A stretch of 61,420 nucleotides of DNA, the filler included, from Piptocephalis cylindrospora (lineage: Eukaryota): assembly GCA_003614145.1 (NCBI GenBank). It is 17 parts of 17 records of this genome, joined end to end, with 100 filler letters (N's around TTAATTAATTAA, not from the genome) between each part and the next. Parts side by side here need not be neighbours in the genome. Positions count along the whole stretch, not along the records: positions 7,358 to 10,929 come from KZ988665.1; positions 11,030 to 14,597 come from KZ988666.1; positions 14,698 to 18,263 come from KZ988667.1; positions 18,364 to 21,925 come from KZ988668.1; 13 more parts are not named here. The stretch is one strand, 5' to 3'. This document shows, piece after piece, positions 9,122 through 21,155 of the stretch. The position numbers were made by a program, and so were the translations under genes. The notes beneath the pieces are model-generated. The model was given only the letters and a program-made list of their open reading frames with translations, was not told the DNA's origin and ran no database searches. The number at the start of each line of letters is the position of its first letter. The stretch's first letter is position 1.

Positions 9122-10929
9122 ATGCCTCCCAAATCTGCTTCTGGAAAAAGGCACTCACCTCCACGCGCATCCTCGTCTTCCATCTCAGCTGATCCAATGA
9201 CCGTCATCTCTGACGACGACGAGATGGAGTACAATCCCATCTCCGTTCCCTCATCAAAAGCCTCAAAGCCCTCCTCTTCCAAGCCTTCCGGCCGCGGAGA
9301 GAAAAGTGCTTCTGGTAAGTAGCCTTGGGAGGAACCCCCTACATCTCATCCTCTCACTCACAACTATTTCATAATTTGCTTAGAAATCTACCAGAAAAAG
9401 ACCCAGCTTGAGCACATTCTCCTACGTCCAGATACTTACATTGGGTCTGTCGAATCTGTGGAGCAGGCCATGTGGATCTACGACGTCAAGACGTCCAAGA
9501 TGGAGCAAAAAGTCATCAGCTATGTTCCGGGTCTTTACAAGATCTTCGATGAAATCCTCGTCAATGCTGCTGATAATAAGGTTTGTCTTAACTCGGTTCG
9601 GGTAGTAGGATCATGGGAAAGTCCGTGCAATGCTAGAGTTCCGCCCTCAGCTCACCCTCATTTCCCTCCAGATTCGTGATCCGTCGATGTCCACCGTCAA
9701 AGTGGATATCAGTGCCCAAGATCCTCCCACCATTACCGTCTATAACAATGGTCAGGGAATCCCTGTGGAGATGCACGAGACTGAAAAAGTTTACATTCCT
9801 GAGCTCATCTTCGGGCATCTTCTCACCTCCTCTAATTATGATGACGCCGAGCAAAAGGTCACCGGTGGTCGGAATGGGTTTGGGGCCAAGTTATGTAACA
9901 TTTTCTCCAAGCGTTTTACCATTGAGACCTCCGACAAGAGCAGAGGAAAGAGGTTCAAGCAGGTCTTTACTGACAATATGTCCACTGCCGAGACCCCGAA
10001 ATTCCTCAAGGCCACCAAGGAGGACTTCACCCAAGTCACCTTTGAGCCCGATCTCTCCAAGTTTGGCCTGACCCACCTTTCCGATGATTTTGTTGCGCTC
10101 TTGCGAAAGCGTGTTGTTGATGTTGCCGGGTGCGTCCGGGACGTCAAGGTCTTCCTTAATGGGGAGAGGATCAAGGTCAAAAACTTCAAGGAGTACTGTG
10201 GTCTTTATCTTGGTTACGGCACCCCCACCAAGCCCCAGCCTCCCGAGTCTGAGCCCGAGACCCCCCAGATGAACATGGAGGATGGTGAATCTCCCACCGA
10301 GATCCTTCCCCCACCTCTGATTCTGGAAGAGGAGATCCAAAAACCCAAACCCTCCATGATCTATGAGAGGATCAATGACCGGTGGGAGGTTTGCTTTACC
10401 CCCTCAACTGATGGACAGTTTCATCAAGTGAGCTTCGTTAATTCTATCGCTACTTCCCGAGGAGGAACGCACGTTACCTACATCGCTGAGCAAATTGTCT
10501 CCTATCTCGTGAAGCTCGGGTCCAAAAAGGTCAAACAGACCACCATTAAGCCTCATCAGGCTAGGTCTCAGCTCTGGGTCTTTGTCAATTGTCTCATCGT
10601 TAACCCTGCTTTCGACTCCCAAACTAAGGATACCCTTACTCTGAGAGCCTCCTTCTTTGGCTCCAAATGCATCCTCCCCGACCCCTATCTGACCAAGGTG
10701 GGTAAGACCGGGGTGCTTGAAGAAATGCTGATGCAAGTGAGAGCCAAGCAGGATCAAGCGTTGAAGAAGACCGATGGTGGAAAACGCTCCCGCATTACCG
10801 GCATTAGCAAGTTGGAGGATGCCAACTTCGCTGGAACCCGTCGGTCCCGTGAGTGCACCCTTATCCTCACCGAGGGGGATTCTGCCAAATCTCTAGCCAT
10901 TGCCGGCCTCGGTAAGGTTGGTAGAGATA
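9122..10929 (+). CDS. TOP2: DNA topoisomerase II (3'-partial; introns ~9315-9383 and ~9581-9671)
   Basis: YQKKTQLEHILLRPDTYIGS, PGLYKIFDEILVNAADN, TGGRNGFGAKLCNIFS and TOPRIM LILTEGDSAK. Confidence 0.97.
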
Positions 10930-11029
10930 NNNNNNNNNNNNNNNNNNNNNNNNNNNNNNNNNNNNNNNNNNNNTTAATTAATTAANNNNNNNNNNNNNNN
11001 NNNNNNNNNNNNNNNNNNNNNNNNNNNNN

Positions 11030-13423
11030 TCGAGGTATTTGGCCATTTAATGCTTACTTTCCCCTCTTATCCTCATCGCCGACCAGGCATCCGATGCCGC
11101 ATCTGGGATCGCCACCGTGGATCCCAAGGGATACTTGACGGATCTAGGCAGTATCACCATCAAGTCCAACGCCGAAATTGGGTAAGTGAGGCCGAGGTAC
11201 TACAGGGGCTGTTCATCCTTGACAAGATGCATCTCACACTTTCCTCCTCTTTATCCAGAGATATTAAAAAGGCAAGAATGGTCCTCAACTCGGTTATTAC
11301 CACCAATCCAAAACATGCCCCTGGTACGTGTCTTTTGACGAGAAGATTGGTTATGGAGCCACGTGTTTCCCTGATCTAATCTAGATTACTTTTTACTCAC
11401 AAATTTCCCCTTTGCTTTTTTTCTTCCTATTCAGGCTGGATTGCAGCTGCCAGGCTAGAAGAAGTGGCTGGCAAGATGGGACAGGCCAAGGCGCTCATCT
11501 CCAAAGGATGCGATCTGTGTCCCACTAAAGAGGATGTCTGGCTTGAGGCGGCCCGTCTACACGGGGGAGAGCAGGGAAAGAGGATCTTGGCCACGGCCGT
11601 CAAGAAGATCCCCCTTTCAGTTAGGGTCTGGTTACAGGCTATGGAGCTGGAGGGGGAAGTATCTGGGAAAAAGAGGGTATTACAACGGGCTATCGAGTAT
11701 ATCCCCAGCTCGGTCCGACTTTGGAAAGCGCTGATCACCCTGGAGGAAGTGCCCACGGAAGCCAGAGTCCTCTTGTCTCAAGCTGTTGAGCTGATTCCCC
11801 TGCATGTGGACTTTTGGCTTGCCTTGTCCCGGCTAGAGGGGTACGATCGGGCCAGGAAGGTGCTGAACAAGGCCCGGACCGCTGTCCCTACCTCCCATGA
11901 GATTTGGATTGCCGCAGCTCAGCTGGAGGAGGCTAATCATCCCGAGAACGCGGAGCGCATGGACAAGATCATTCATCGAGCCGTTCAGACCCTGGCCCAG
12001 AAAGGTGCTCACCTGGATAGGGAAGCGTGGCTCCAGGAGGCCGAGGCTTGTGAGGCTCGGGGTAGCCCTCTGACGGGCCAAGCCATTATCCGGGCCACCT
12101 CCACCCTAGGCTTAGATCGAGAGGAGGATTGGAAGGGCCAGTGGGTGGAGGAAGCTGAAGCATGTATTGGGCGTGGGAGCATCGGGACGGCTAGGGCCAT
12201 CTATGCTCATGCCCTCCGGACATTCCCGGCCAAGAAGAGCCTGTGGAGAAGGGCCGCCTTTCTTGAAAGGGCGCATGGGACGCCCGAGGCACTGGAGGAG
12301 GTGTTGGCCTCGGCGGTCCGGTACTGTCCGCACGCCGAGATCCTTTGGCTCATGCGTGCCAAGGAGTTGTGGCAGGGAGCCGGGGATGTTCCCAAGGCCA
12401 AATTGGTTCTCCGGGAGGCATTGACGCGGAATCCGGCCTCGGAAGACATTTGGCTAGCAGCGGTCAAGTTGGAGGACCGGACTGGGGATTGGTCAGCAGC
12501 TCGCACACTCCTTCGGGAGGCGAGGGAAGGGGAGGTGGGTAGGGCAGGGGGTAGGGTGTGGATGGTGTCGGCAGTCCTTGAACGTCAACATGGGGAGGAG
12601 GACGAGGCGCTTAGGATCCTGCAGGACGGGGAGACGAAATTCCCGACGCTGGATAAGCTGTACATGATTCACGGTCAGATCCTTCAGGGTCGATCGGATA
12701 TTCCTGGGGCCAGGGAGGTGTATGGTCGGGGCTGCAAGCACTGTCCTCGGTCCCCGGTCCTTTGGGTGTTAGCAGCTCGATTGGAGGAGCAAGCTGGGCT
12801 GGTGATCAAAGCACGTGTGGCCCTGGAACGAGGCAGACTCCAGAATCCCCGGGATGATCGAGTGTGGCGCGAGGCCGTGGCTGTCGAATCTAGGGCGGGT
12901 AATGGACATGTAGCCCGAACCTTGATGGCAAAGGCCCTTCGGGAGTGTCCGGACTCGGGATCACTATGGTCTGATGCCATCCTCATGGAGCCCCGGGCCT
13001 CTCGACGAGCCCGAAGCGTGGATGCACTGCGCAAGTGCGGGGATGGAAGTGGGAGGGTGGTGTGCACGGTGGCACGACTGTTCTGGGCTGAGCGAAAGGT
13101 GGAGAAGGCTCGATCCTGGTTTGCCCGATCAGTCCGGCTCGAGCCCCTCCTTGGGGATGCGTGGGCCTGGTGGTACAAGTTTGAACAGGCATACGGGGAT
13201 AAGGTGAGTGAAGGGGTAGGCAGATCTTTTTTCCAGCGCTATATACTCATCATCGCTTCATCATCATCTATAGGAGAAGCAAGACAAGGTTGTCAAGGGC
13301 TGTGTTGAGGCTGAGCCAAGGTACGGGGATGTGTGGCCGACCGTCGCCAAAGATCCCAAGAATGTGGGGAAGGATGTGGAATGGGTGTTGATGGAGGTGA
13401 TGGGGAGATTGGAAGCCATGTAA
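11030..13423 (+). CDS. PRP6: U4/U6.U5 tri-snRNP splicing factor Prp6 (5'-partial, several introns)
   Basis: VDPKGYLTDL, EIGDIKKAR, NPKHAPGWIAAARLEE and HAT repeats. C-terminal AEPRYGDVW...KDPKN, stop at 13421-13423. Confidence 0.95.
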
Positions 13424-13666
13424 GGGAAGGGGGGGAGAGGAAGATGGGATGATAGTATTGGACTGAGATGGATAAGGAAGGAGAGGGCATGGTTGGTTAT
13501 CTCAATGTAATCCGAGGCACACACACTGGGAGAGAGAGAGAAAATGATGATGGCATTGTTTATAAGTGGGATATGAATGAGACGAGCGTCCTCTCCCCAC
13601 ACCCCATCATTATCGTCACCACCATGATTCAGACTCGTCAAATCAAGAACAAAAGACGGTAATTGT

Positions 13667-14006
13667 TTAAGCGTGCTTCTCGGACAGGGCCTTGACATAA
13701 GCAATGTACTTGGCCTGGGCCTCCTCCTTGGAGAGGCCCTTCTTGCCGGTCCAGGCATCCCACTTGGCCTTGCCCTTGAGATCAAAGACACCGGGGCGGG
13801 TGGTATCGTTGTCGCCGATGGTACCCTGCTTGAACAAGGCGTACAGTTCGAGAAGCTCATCGGTGGAGGGCATCTTGGAGAAGTTCTTGGCGTCTTCAGC
13901 AGCCTTGATGAACTCGGCCTGTTGAACATGGGGGATGAGTGATGAGCGCAGGGGAGGAGGAGAAGGTAAGAGAACTTACGTTTCCGGTGGAAGCAGCGTC
14001 AGACAT
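13667..14006 (-). CDS. ACB1: Acyl-CoA-binding protein; intron 13979-13919
   Basis: Spliced product MSDAASTGNAEFIKAAEDAK...LLELYALFKQGTIGD...DLKGKAKWDAW. Confidence 0.95.
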
Positions 14007-15062
14007 GGTTAATGGTCAAGAGGGGGGGGGGAGGGAAGAGGGGTAGGTTTGGCACAGGAGAGAATACGCGGGAGAGGAGGAAAGGAAGGAAGGAAGGATA
14101 GGGGTGTTGAGAAGACGACGAACGCGTGAGTCCCTCCCCTTGAGCCCCTTTATACTCACACGCGTAGCTGGGAAAGAGGGTGAGTGAGTGTGGTCACACA
14201 TCATCATATCGGCCGCTGGCCCAACTGGCGCTTTCCCAGCGTTGTTATCCAGCCCCGTCGACCAAGGCAGTCGAGGGATGTGTGTATGGGAAGGAGACTG
14301 AACCTGCTGTCAAGTGTGACCCAGAACGCACTGCTAGTCTCCGGAGTCTACCATATCCGAGGGCGTTATGACCCCGCAACCCCAATAACTGCGCCATAGA
14401 CTTTGGGATGGGCATGTGAAGGCGGGATGGACGCATAGACAGAAGCAGATGAATCCATGCGAGTATGGCTCAATGGAGAGGATATATAGCTAGGGAAGAC
14501 AGGGTGTAGTAGTGATCTAATGGTAAGAACGGCACTCTGTTCTTGCATAGAAGACAATGCTACTACTTGGCCATTGAAAAGGAAATGCCGCTGGTCTNNN
14601 NNNNNNNNNNNNNNNNNNNNNNNNNNNNNNNNNNNNNNNNNTTAATTAATTAANNNNNNNNNNNNNNNNNNNNNNNNNNNNNNNNNNNNNNNNNNNNTCG
14701 GCAAGACCCCATTGCTGCTGTGGGCACCTATGTCCGTAATGTTCTTCCTGAGCCAGAGTCATCGGCCCAGGATGGGAATGATGAGAAGATGTCTGATTCT
14801 TAAGCCTCCGCATCTCCCTTCCTTTCCATCTTACAATGTATCCGTCTTACTGATTCCACAGCGTGCTAGGTTAAACTCTCACTATGAGTGGCAGCGATTA
14901 TGAGGAAGGTGAGGGTGATAGGAAAGTGAGAGACCTAGAGGAAATATTTGTTCAATTGGCTCGCTAGGTGCTATCTCCTCTCCCTATTTTCATCTTCCAA
15001 GGTTCTCAGAGCTTTAGGAGGAAAAATAGCATCTATAAAATTCTTATCAACCACAAAAACGA

Positions 15063-15135
15063 GCTTCCTTAGCGCAGTTGGCAGCGCGTCAGTCTCATAA
15101 TCTGAAGGTCGCCAGTTCGATCCTGGCAGGGAGCA
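15063..15135 (+). tRNA. tRNA-Met(CAT), cytosolic elongator type
   Basis: 73-nt cloverleaf GCTTCCT/AGGGAGC, anticodon loop CTCATAA, T-loop TTCGATC and G1-C72 (not initiator-like). A T-run follows downstream. Confidence 0.96.
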
Positions 15136-15373
15136 ATTCTTTATATCAATTTTTTAGCCTTGTAATAATAGGGCTCGTATTATTGTGTGCGTCGCGCGCT
15201 TTCAGTGTCCATTTATTCGTACTGGAAGCACTACTAATTCATGCCATCCAAGCCCGGACCCACCCGAGACGTGGTGGTGGCATTGACTGAATTCGGGGAC
15301 CTTGTCTAGAGAAACTGGAGGTCCATATTATTAAGCCATCCTCTTTTCCCTTCCCATATCTCCTCGCCTATTC

Positions 15374-15862
15374 ATGTCGGACGCTGATTTGACCATCCTA
15401 GGCCGTTTGAAACGCCGGTGCATGCAAGAACCCTGGGTACCCATTGGTAAGGGAAAACTTGGGCGCGTGGGTTGTCCTGGTACGCAAGCTGTCAGAACTC
15501 AGAGAAACTCATGTCTCCTTGCTCCCATGTAATTCCTAGGGGGTGTCGCCACGGTGGGAGCTTTGCTTGCAGCAACCTTGCAGATGAGACGAGGAAACCT
15601 TGTGTCGGCCAACCACTTGCTCCGGATACGCGTTGCCACCCAGGGCCTGACAGTTACAGCAATGCTGCTTGGATCGTATCTTGCCTTGGATAAGAAGCGC
15701 AAAGAATCCGCGCAGGAGGCAGCGGCAGAGAATATCCCTGGGAAGCAGGATCCTGCCGTGCCCGCAGAGAAGCCTGAGTGGGAAAAGCGTCTGGATAAGA
15801 AGATGGCCAGGGCTGAACGAGAACGACAGCGACGGGAGGCTGCCTCATCCAATTCATCTTGA
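15374..15862 (+). CDS. RCF1: HIG1-domain respiratory supercomplex factor; intron 15447-15539
   Basis: RRCMQEPWVPIG-GVATVGALL...NHLLRIRVATQGLTVTAML, followed by a charged tail. Confidence 0.85.
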
Positions 15863-16180
15863 GGAAAAGACAAAGTTTACAGCATTCGAAAATGATGATC
15901 GAGATGTATGCTTGTGATGCTTAATGTCTTGTATGCACTATTCCCTATAACTTTGGCATAGAAGTGACCTGCAGTGGAATGATCATTCAGTTATTCACTT
16001 CCTCAGGGATAAAACCTGTCAATATGGGCGAGAAGGGTGAAAGGCTATCGTACGTAATCTTTTTACAGTCTACAAGTAAACAATAACTCAACCATATAAA
16101 ACCCGCAGTTGCACTTACCTCCATTCTCTTCTTTCCACTCTTCCCCTAACTCGCTCCGTACCTCGCCGTGCTAGTGCGCA

Positions 16181-17381
16181 ATGCCAATTGAGGACCGGGA
16201 AGTAAAACTGGACCCCCCTTCCCATACAGTACGTTCTCCATATATTTCTTGCCCTAGTTTGCTTCCCATCCGTGGTTTCACTCATCCCCCACCTCTTTTT
16301 CCCATAGCTCTCGGGACGAAACAGGGCTGGCCAAGGTGGAGAACATAAAGGTAGACGCCGAACGGGGCCCATGGGACCTAATAAATCCTGGTGTGCCGTG
16401 TGTGGTCGTCGATTCCCTCCAGGAGGGCAGATGGTAAGGTGCCGGACATGTCGTCGATGGGTCCACGGGGAGACGGAAGCCAAGGAGGCCCAGCCCTGCT
16501 CTTCTCCCGACCAGCTCTACTGTTTGGCTTGCCAGGGTAAGTGATCATGGGCCCCAACCTTCTGTCGGATCATCCCAACCCATTAACATTTCTTCCCTTC
16601 ATCCATAGCAAATGGATGGGCCGAGTGGGATGAAGACGGGGATGGACGAACTAGGCGGTGTGGTAATGCAGTATGGTGTCATCATGGCCTGGCCCTTGCA
16701 CCTTCCCATTACTGTAGTGAGGAGTGCGGCATCCAGGCAGCGGAGCTACGACTGGATGAGGAGGAAGAGGCGAAGGCTCGTGGGCAGAGTCAGAGTGCAT
16801 CTCCTTCCACGGCAGACGTGAAGGATGTTGATGTCCTCCATGCCCTGAACGATGAGGAATCGAAGAGGTGGGCCTTGTTGCAGGATGAGGTTGAAGAATT
16901 GACAATGCAGAGGAGGGAATGGGAGGCAAGGTCCAGTATCTTGGCTTCCTCCTTCCAATCTATCCCGTCCGGGCAATGTGGGTTCCCCTCGGCATTAATT
17001 CACCCTCTCGAGGAGATCCCCCCTCTTGATGCCTCGGCTGATACTTCACTATGCCAGGCGATTGCTACACGATGTCTCCTCCATCGAAGATGGCCCTTGG
17101 TATGGGAAGAGTTATTGAGAAAACAGAGGATCGACCTGGTAAGTTGAATGATGTTTGGCGGTGAAAAATGTCACTGTGTATTCCTTTCTGAATATGGTCA
17201 TTTACATACCTTCTTCCTCCCATATTTGTAGGAAAGGGAAGAGGAAATGGCAGAAAAGGAAAAGAGTCAAGTGCTTCTTGAGGCAAGACAGCGGATGGAT
17301 AGAGCCGCTCTCCTTGCACGAGACCCTCAGGCACTTGCCTCAGCGGGTCAAACCATCCGTGCCTCCCCAACTCATCTCTGA
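16181..17381 (+). CDS. SPP1: COMPASS subunit Spp1/CFP1-like PHD-finger protein (3 introns)
   Basis: PHD-like CAVC...CRTCRRWVH...YCLAC, then YCSEECG and C...RCLLHRRW, as in Spp1/CXXC1. Confidence 0.75.
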
Positions 17382-17457
17382 AGGGTATACGTGGTACTAT
17401 GAGCTAGGATGACGAGATCAATGGCATCCTACTCATTTTCCAATGTGCTCCTATTTC

Positions 17458-17621
17458 CTATACTCCCTGTGATATCCTCTCCATGTACAGAGCGATACGA
17501 GAAGACAAACGGACAAAATGAAGATTATCCATAATTGAAACCAAGAGCATGGCAGGGATGTGAAGGGATGGATGATGTGAAAGAGTGAAAGGGAGAGAGA
17601 GATGTCTGAAAGAGGTACAAG

Positions 17622-17668
<47 letters not shown>

Positions 17669-18191
17669 AGAAAAGGCCACACAACACAAAAAAACAAAAC
17701 AGCACTGGAGGCGTGGAGCGTTTCTAGTTCAGCCTCCTCCTCCGTCATAGTCTTCCGAGAGGGCTCGCCCTTGGGGACGGATGGAGCGGAGATTTCTGGC
17801 TGAGCTTGGGATGAAGCAGCCACAGGGGCGCCGGAGAGAAGTTGTTCATCCAAACCCTCCTGTTCCAGCTCCTGGAGTTCAGCGGCCAGATCATCCTCAT
17901 CCACAAGTTCAGTACCAAAAGCTGTGGGCTGGGAGATGGCATCACTGATCTCATTAGCTAGGGCCATCTGGTCGTTAATATCTTCCATGGTCTTATCCAC
18001 TTTGTCGACGTTCAACTCCCCGTGGATGGACTTCATGGCCTTGGCTCCATCCGACATGGCCTTGATTGTCTCCAGATTCACATTGGCGCTTTCAATGGCC
18101 AGCACCTGGGTTTCTACGGTCATTCTTGAGGCGGAGAGCTTTTCAATTTGTCCTTCATACTGCTTTTTCTTCTTTAGGGCCATCAGGGCCG
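17458..18191 (-). CDS. SNF7: ESCRT-III subunit Snf7/Vps32 (5'-partial; 3' end uncertain)
   Basis: ALKKKKQYE, AIESANVNLET, VDKTMEDINDQMALANEISDAIS and DEDDLAAELQELEQE. Confidence 0.92.
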
Positions 18192-18363
18192 CTATGACAT
18201 GTTATGAGTTCGTGAGTCAATGGGGTTCCTTCCTTTCCTCTCCCCCCACTCACTACAAGATCTNNNNNNNNNNNNNNNNNNNNNNNNNNNNNNNNNNNNN
18301 NNNNNNNTTAATTAATTAANNNNNNNNNNNNNNNNNNNNNNNNNNNNNNNNNNNNNNNNNNNN

Positions 18364-18422
18364 ACTCCCAACTCCCAACTCCCAACTCCCAACTCCCAAC
18401 TCCCAACTCCCAACTCCCAACT
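18364..18422 (+). repeat. (AACTCCC)n heptamer tandem repeat at a contig start
   Basis: About 8 perfect units directly after the linker. Confidence 0.9.
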
Positions 18423-18451
18423 TCTATCTTCCCATCCTACTGTGTCCGAGA

Positions 18452-20454
18452 ATGACCAGAACGCTCTACGCTGCAATGTTGGCTAGGTCCACAAGGACTA
18501 TTAAACGCCGCCTTCCTCCCCCTCCCCTTCCGCCCCTATTTGGGATACCATATGGCACTCAGAGGTTAGCCGGGAAGTTTGGGTATGATCTCTAAAGTAC
18601 GTGAACCTCCACTAACATCCCTTACCTTTTCTTGACCATGCTCTTCAGGCTTGGGTTCAATTTTGCCATGGGCCCCAACAACACTTTTAACCCGGATGCA
18701 GATTGTGATATAATTATCCACTTCACTGATCAAGCCAGTGATCATCATCGTACATGCGATAGAGATGAAATGCCCAGACTACCTCAAGCCTGGTTGACCG
18801 ATAAAACGACACATGGTATCAGGCTGAACGGAAAGCGGGTTTTAAAGCATTCTCAAATTCCACTTAGGAATGAAGATGAGATTTCGTTAGGAGCCACCCT
18901 ATATGTCTTTTGCCAATTACATTTTACTACAGAGAATAACATAAAGGTAAGCTCATTCAGATGGTCCTCATGGCGACTGTGGTGTACTAAAGCGATATAT
19001 ATTTTGATACCTTCTACCGTCTGATTATCTCATACCCTTTCTTGCATGGCTATAGAATCAAGATACATTCAGTGAGATGTGTGGCCCTTTCATTGAAGTA
19101 GTTGATCCTACGGCCACCCGATGGTGCCTGACCTGCCTGGGCCTTTCCTCTGGTCCACATGTTTGGCAAAATGGTTCTGCGATCATGCCCGCACATTCTG
19201 CGGTTGCATCTGCCCCTGAATCACGTGAAGAAGAGATAAGTGTCAGCACGGAGAGGAGGGAGGAGGGAAGGGTGGAAGATGGTGGGAGGAGGGAGGAGGG
19301 AAGGGTGGAAGATGGTGGGAGGAGGGAGGAAGATGGTGGGAGGAGGGAGGAAGATGGTGGGAGGAGGGAGGAAGAGGAGGGGAGGGAAGGTGGTGGGAGG
19401 AGGGAGGAGGGAAGAGTGGAAGATTGTGGGAGGAAGGAGGAAGGTCGAGAGGGAGGTGCTAATGGCGGGAGGAGGGATGACGGTCGAGAGGGAGGTGATA
19501 CGGGCACTGGAGGAAGGGAAGACGTGGTACAGGTGGAACCATCCGAATCTGATCGTCGCTCAGTTCATATTTCCCTGGGGAAGCGTTCGCGGGATGAGGA
19601 AGCGAGTGCGACGGATGAATTGGGCATGGCTAACCCACAAAGAGAGCAAGGTGTGACGAACGACGGGGATGCGACAGGCCCATACCAAGAACCACCTTCT
19701 AATCATCCTCGGAGAGGGGCCACAGATGACACGGTGGATGTGCCAAGAAAAGTGAAGAAGCCAAGGGTTTCCAACTCCCTTCCCACCCGGAGATCTGCTC
19801 GGTTGGAGGCGAAGACTCCTCGGTACCAACTTCGGGAGAGAGGGCGCCCCTCCACCACTAAGTCTAACTCTGTTTCGGCCCACATGAATGAGAAAGTCAA
19901 TGATCTGGAGGAGGGTAAGGGCAAGAGAAAAAGATCTCCAGGAGGCATTTGTGAGGGGATGATCAAAAAACGACGGAGCACTACCACAAAGGATTCTGAT
20001 CCTGAGAATAAGAGTAGTAGTAAGAGGAAGAGGTCTCCAGGAGGCGTTAGTGGGAAAGCAACCAAGAAACGACGGAGCACTAACACAAAGGACCCTGCTC
20101 CTGAGAGTCAAGAGGCGCTCCAATATTCCATTACAAACTTCACCCCACCCCTAAGGGGACAGAAGGGTGCTAAAAGTCAAGGTGAGTTGATTGAGCGCTA
20201 GTTTAGATTTTCTTTAATGTTTATTTACTAATGCTTCACGTTATCCATCGATCCTGATAGGTGGCCCATTGGGTGGATCCATCCTGGGTTCGCCCAATAC
20301 ACCACCGGTTACCGATGATCCATATCAATTATCCTCACCCTGTCCTATCCCTACGACTTCCTCTTTCATTGCCACAAAACTGCATCCGAGTCCTGCCACC
20401 TCGCCTCCACGGCCACCTCAATTACATCGATCTACATCCGCACCACCAATGTAG
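18452..20454 (+). CDS. Orphan protein with a degenerate FHA-like domain and charged repeats (introns 18583-18648, 18947-19055, 20182-20260)
   Basis: All three GT-AG introns keep the frame. [17 protein letters not shown]...[10 protein letters not shown] resembles the C-terminal half of FHA. Contains [11 protein letters not shown] repeats and a duplicated KRKRSPGG block. Confidence 0.6.
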
Positions 20455-20873
20455 ACCCTTTATGGATGCCGTCCATTTAGAACCGTCCTTTCTCATGACC
20501 TTTCGATGAGGTTGCGGGCCCCACGAATTCACGAGTGGCGATTATTCCTTCTCAAAAGCCTCATCTTGGGCAAATGTGTCAGCCAAGCAAAGACCATCTT
20601 TTATTGCTTTACACTCACTGAGTAGCGGTCGCCCTCTCCCCTCTCTTTCTCTCCTCTCTCTTCCCTCTCCCCCTTTCCTCTTCTCCCTTTCCTCTCTCAC
20701 TTCTCGCCTACGACCTGCCGCCCAGTTTCATAGTTCTCTATCGAGGTCAGCCTCTCCTCTCACTGCCCATACTACCGTGTGGTGGCTACCCCTCCTCAAT
20801 GACTCATCATGTTGGTGAATCATCCCAAAATCCTGGCCACCACCCTCATGTTTAGCGAGAGTTTAGGACTTCG

Positions 20874-21155
20874 TTGCTTGACTTGTCTCGGCGCCTATAG
20901 TATCTTTACCACTAGCGACCAGAATCGGCCCTCATCTCTGACAACACTGCCCGGAGCCCGACACTTCCTGCTCGGAGATTCTGTCTTTCTTGCTTGATCT
21001 GTCTCGGCACCTGTGGTAACTTTACCACTAGCGACCAGAACCGGTCCTCACCTCTGATAACGCTGCCCGGAGCCCGACACTTCCTGCTCGGAGGTACTGC
21101 CTTTCCTGCTTGACCTGTCTCGGCACCTGTGGTAACTTTACCACTAGCGACCAGA
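20874..21155 (+). repeat. 116-bp tandem repeat, about 2.4 copies
   Basis: ACCACTAGCGACCAGA starts at 20908, 21024 and 21140. CTGCCCGGAGCCCGACACTTCCTGCTCGGAG occurs twice. Confidence 0.9.
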
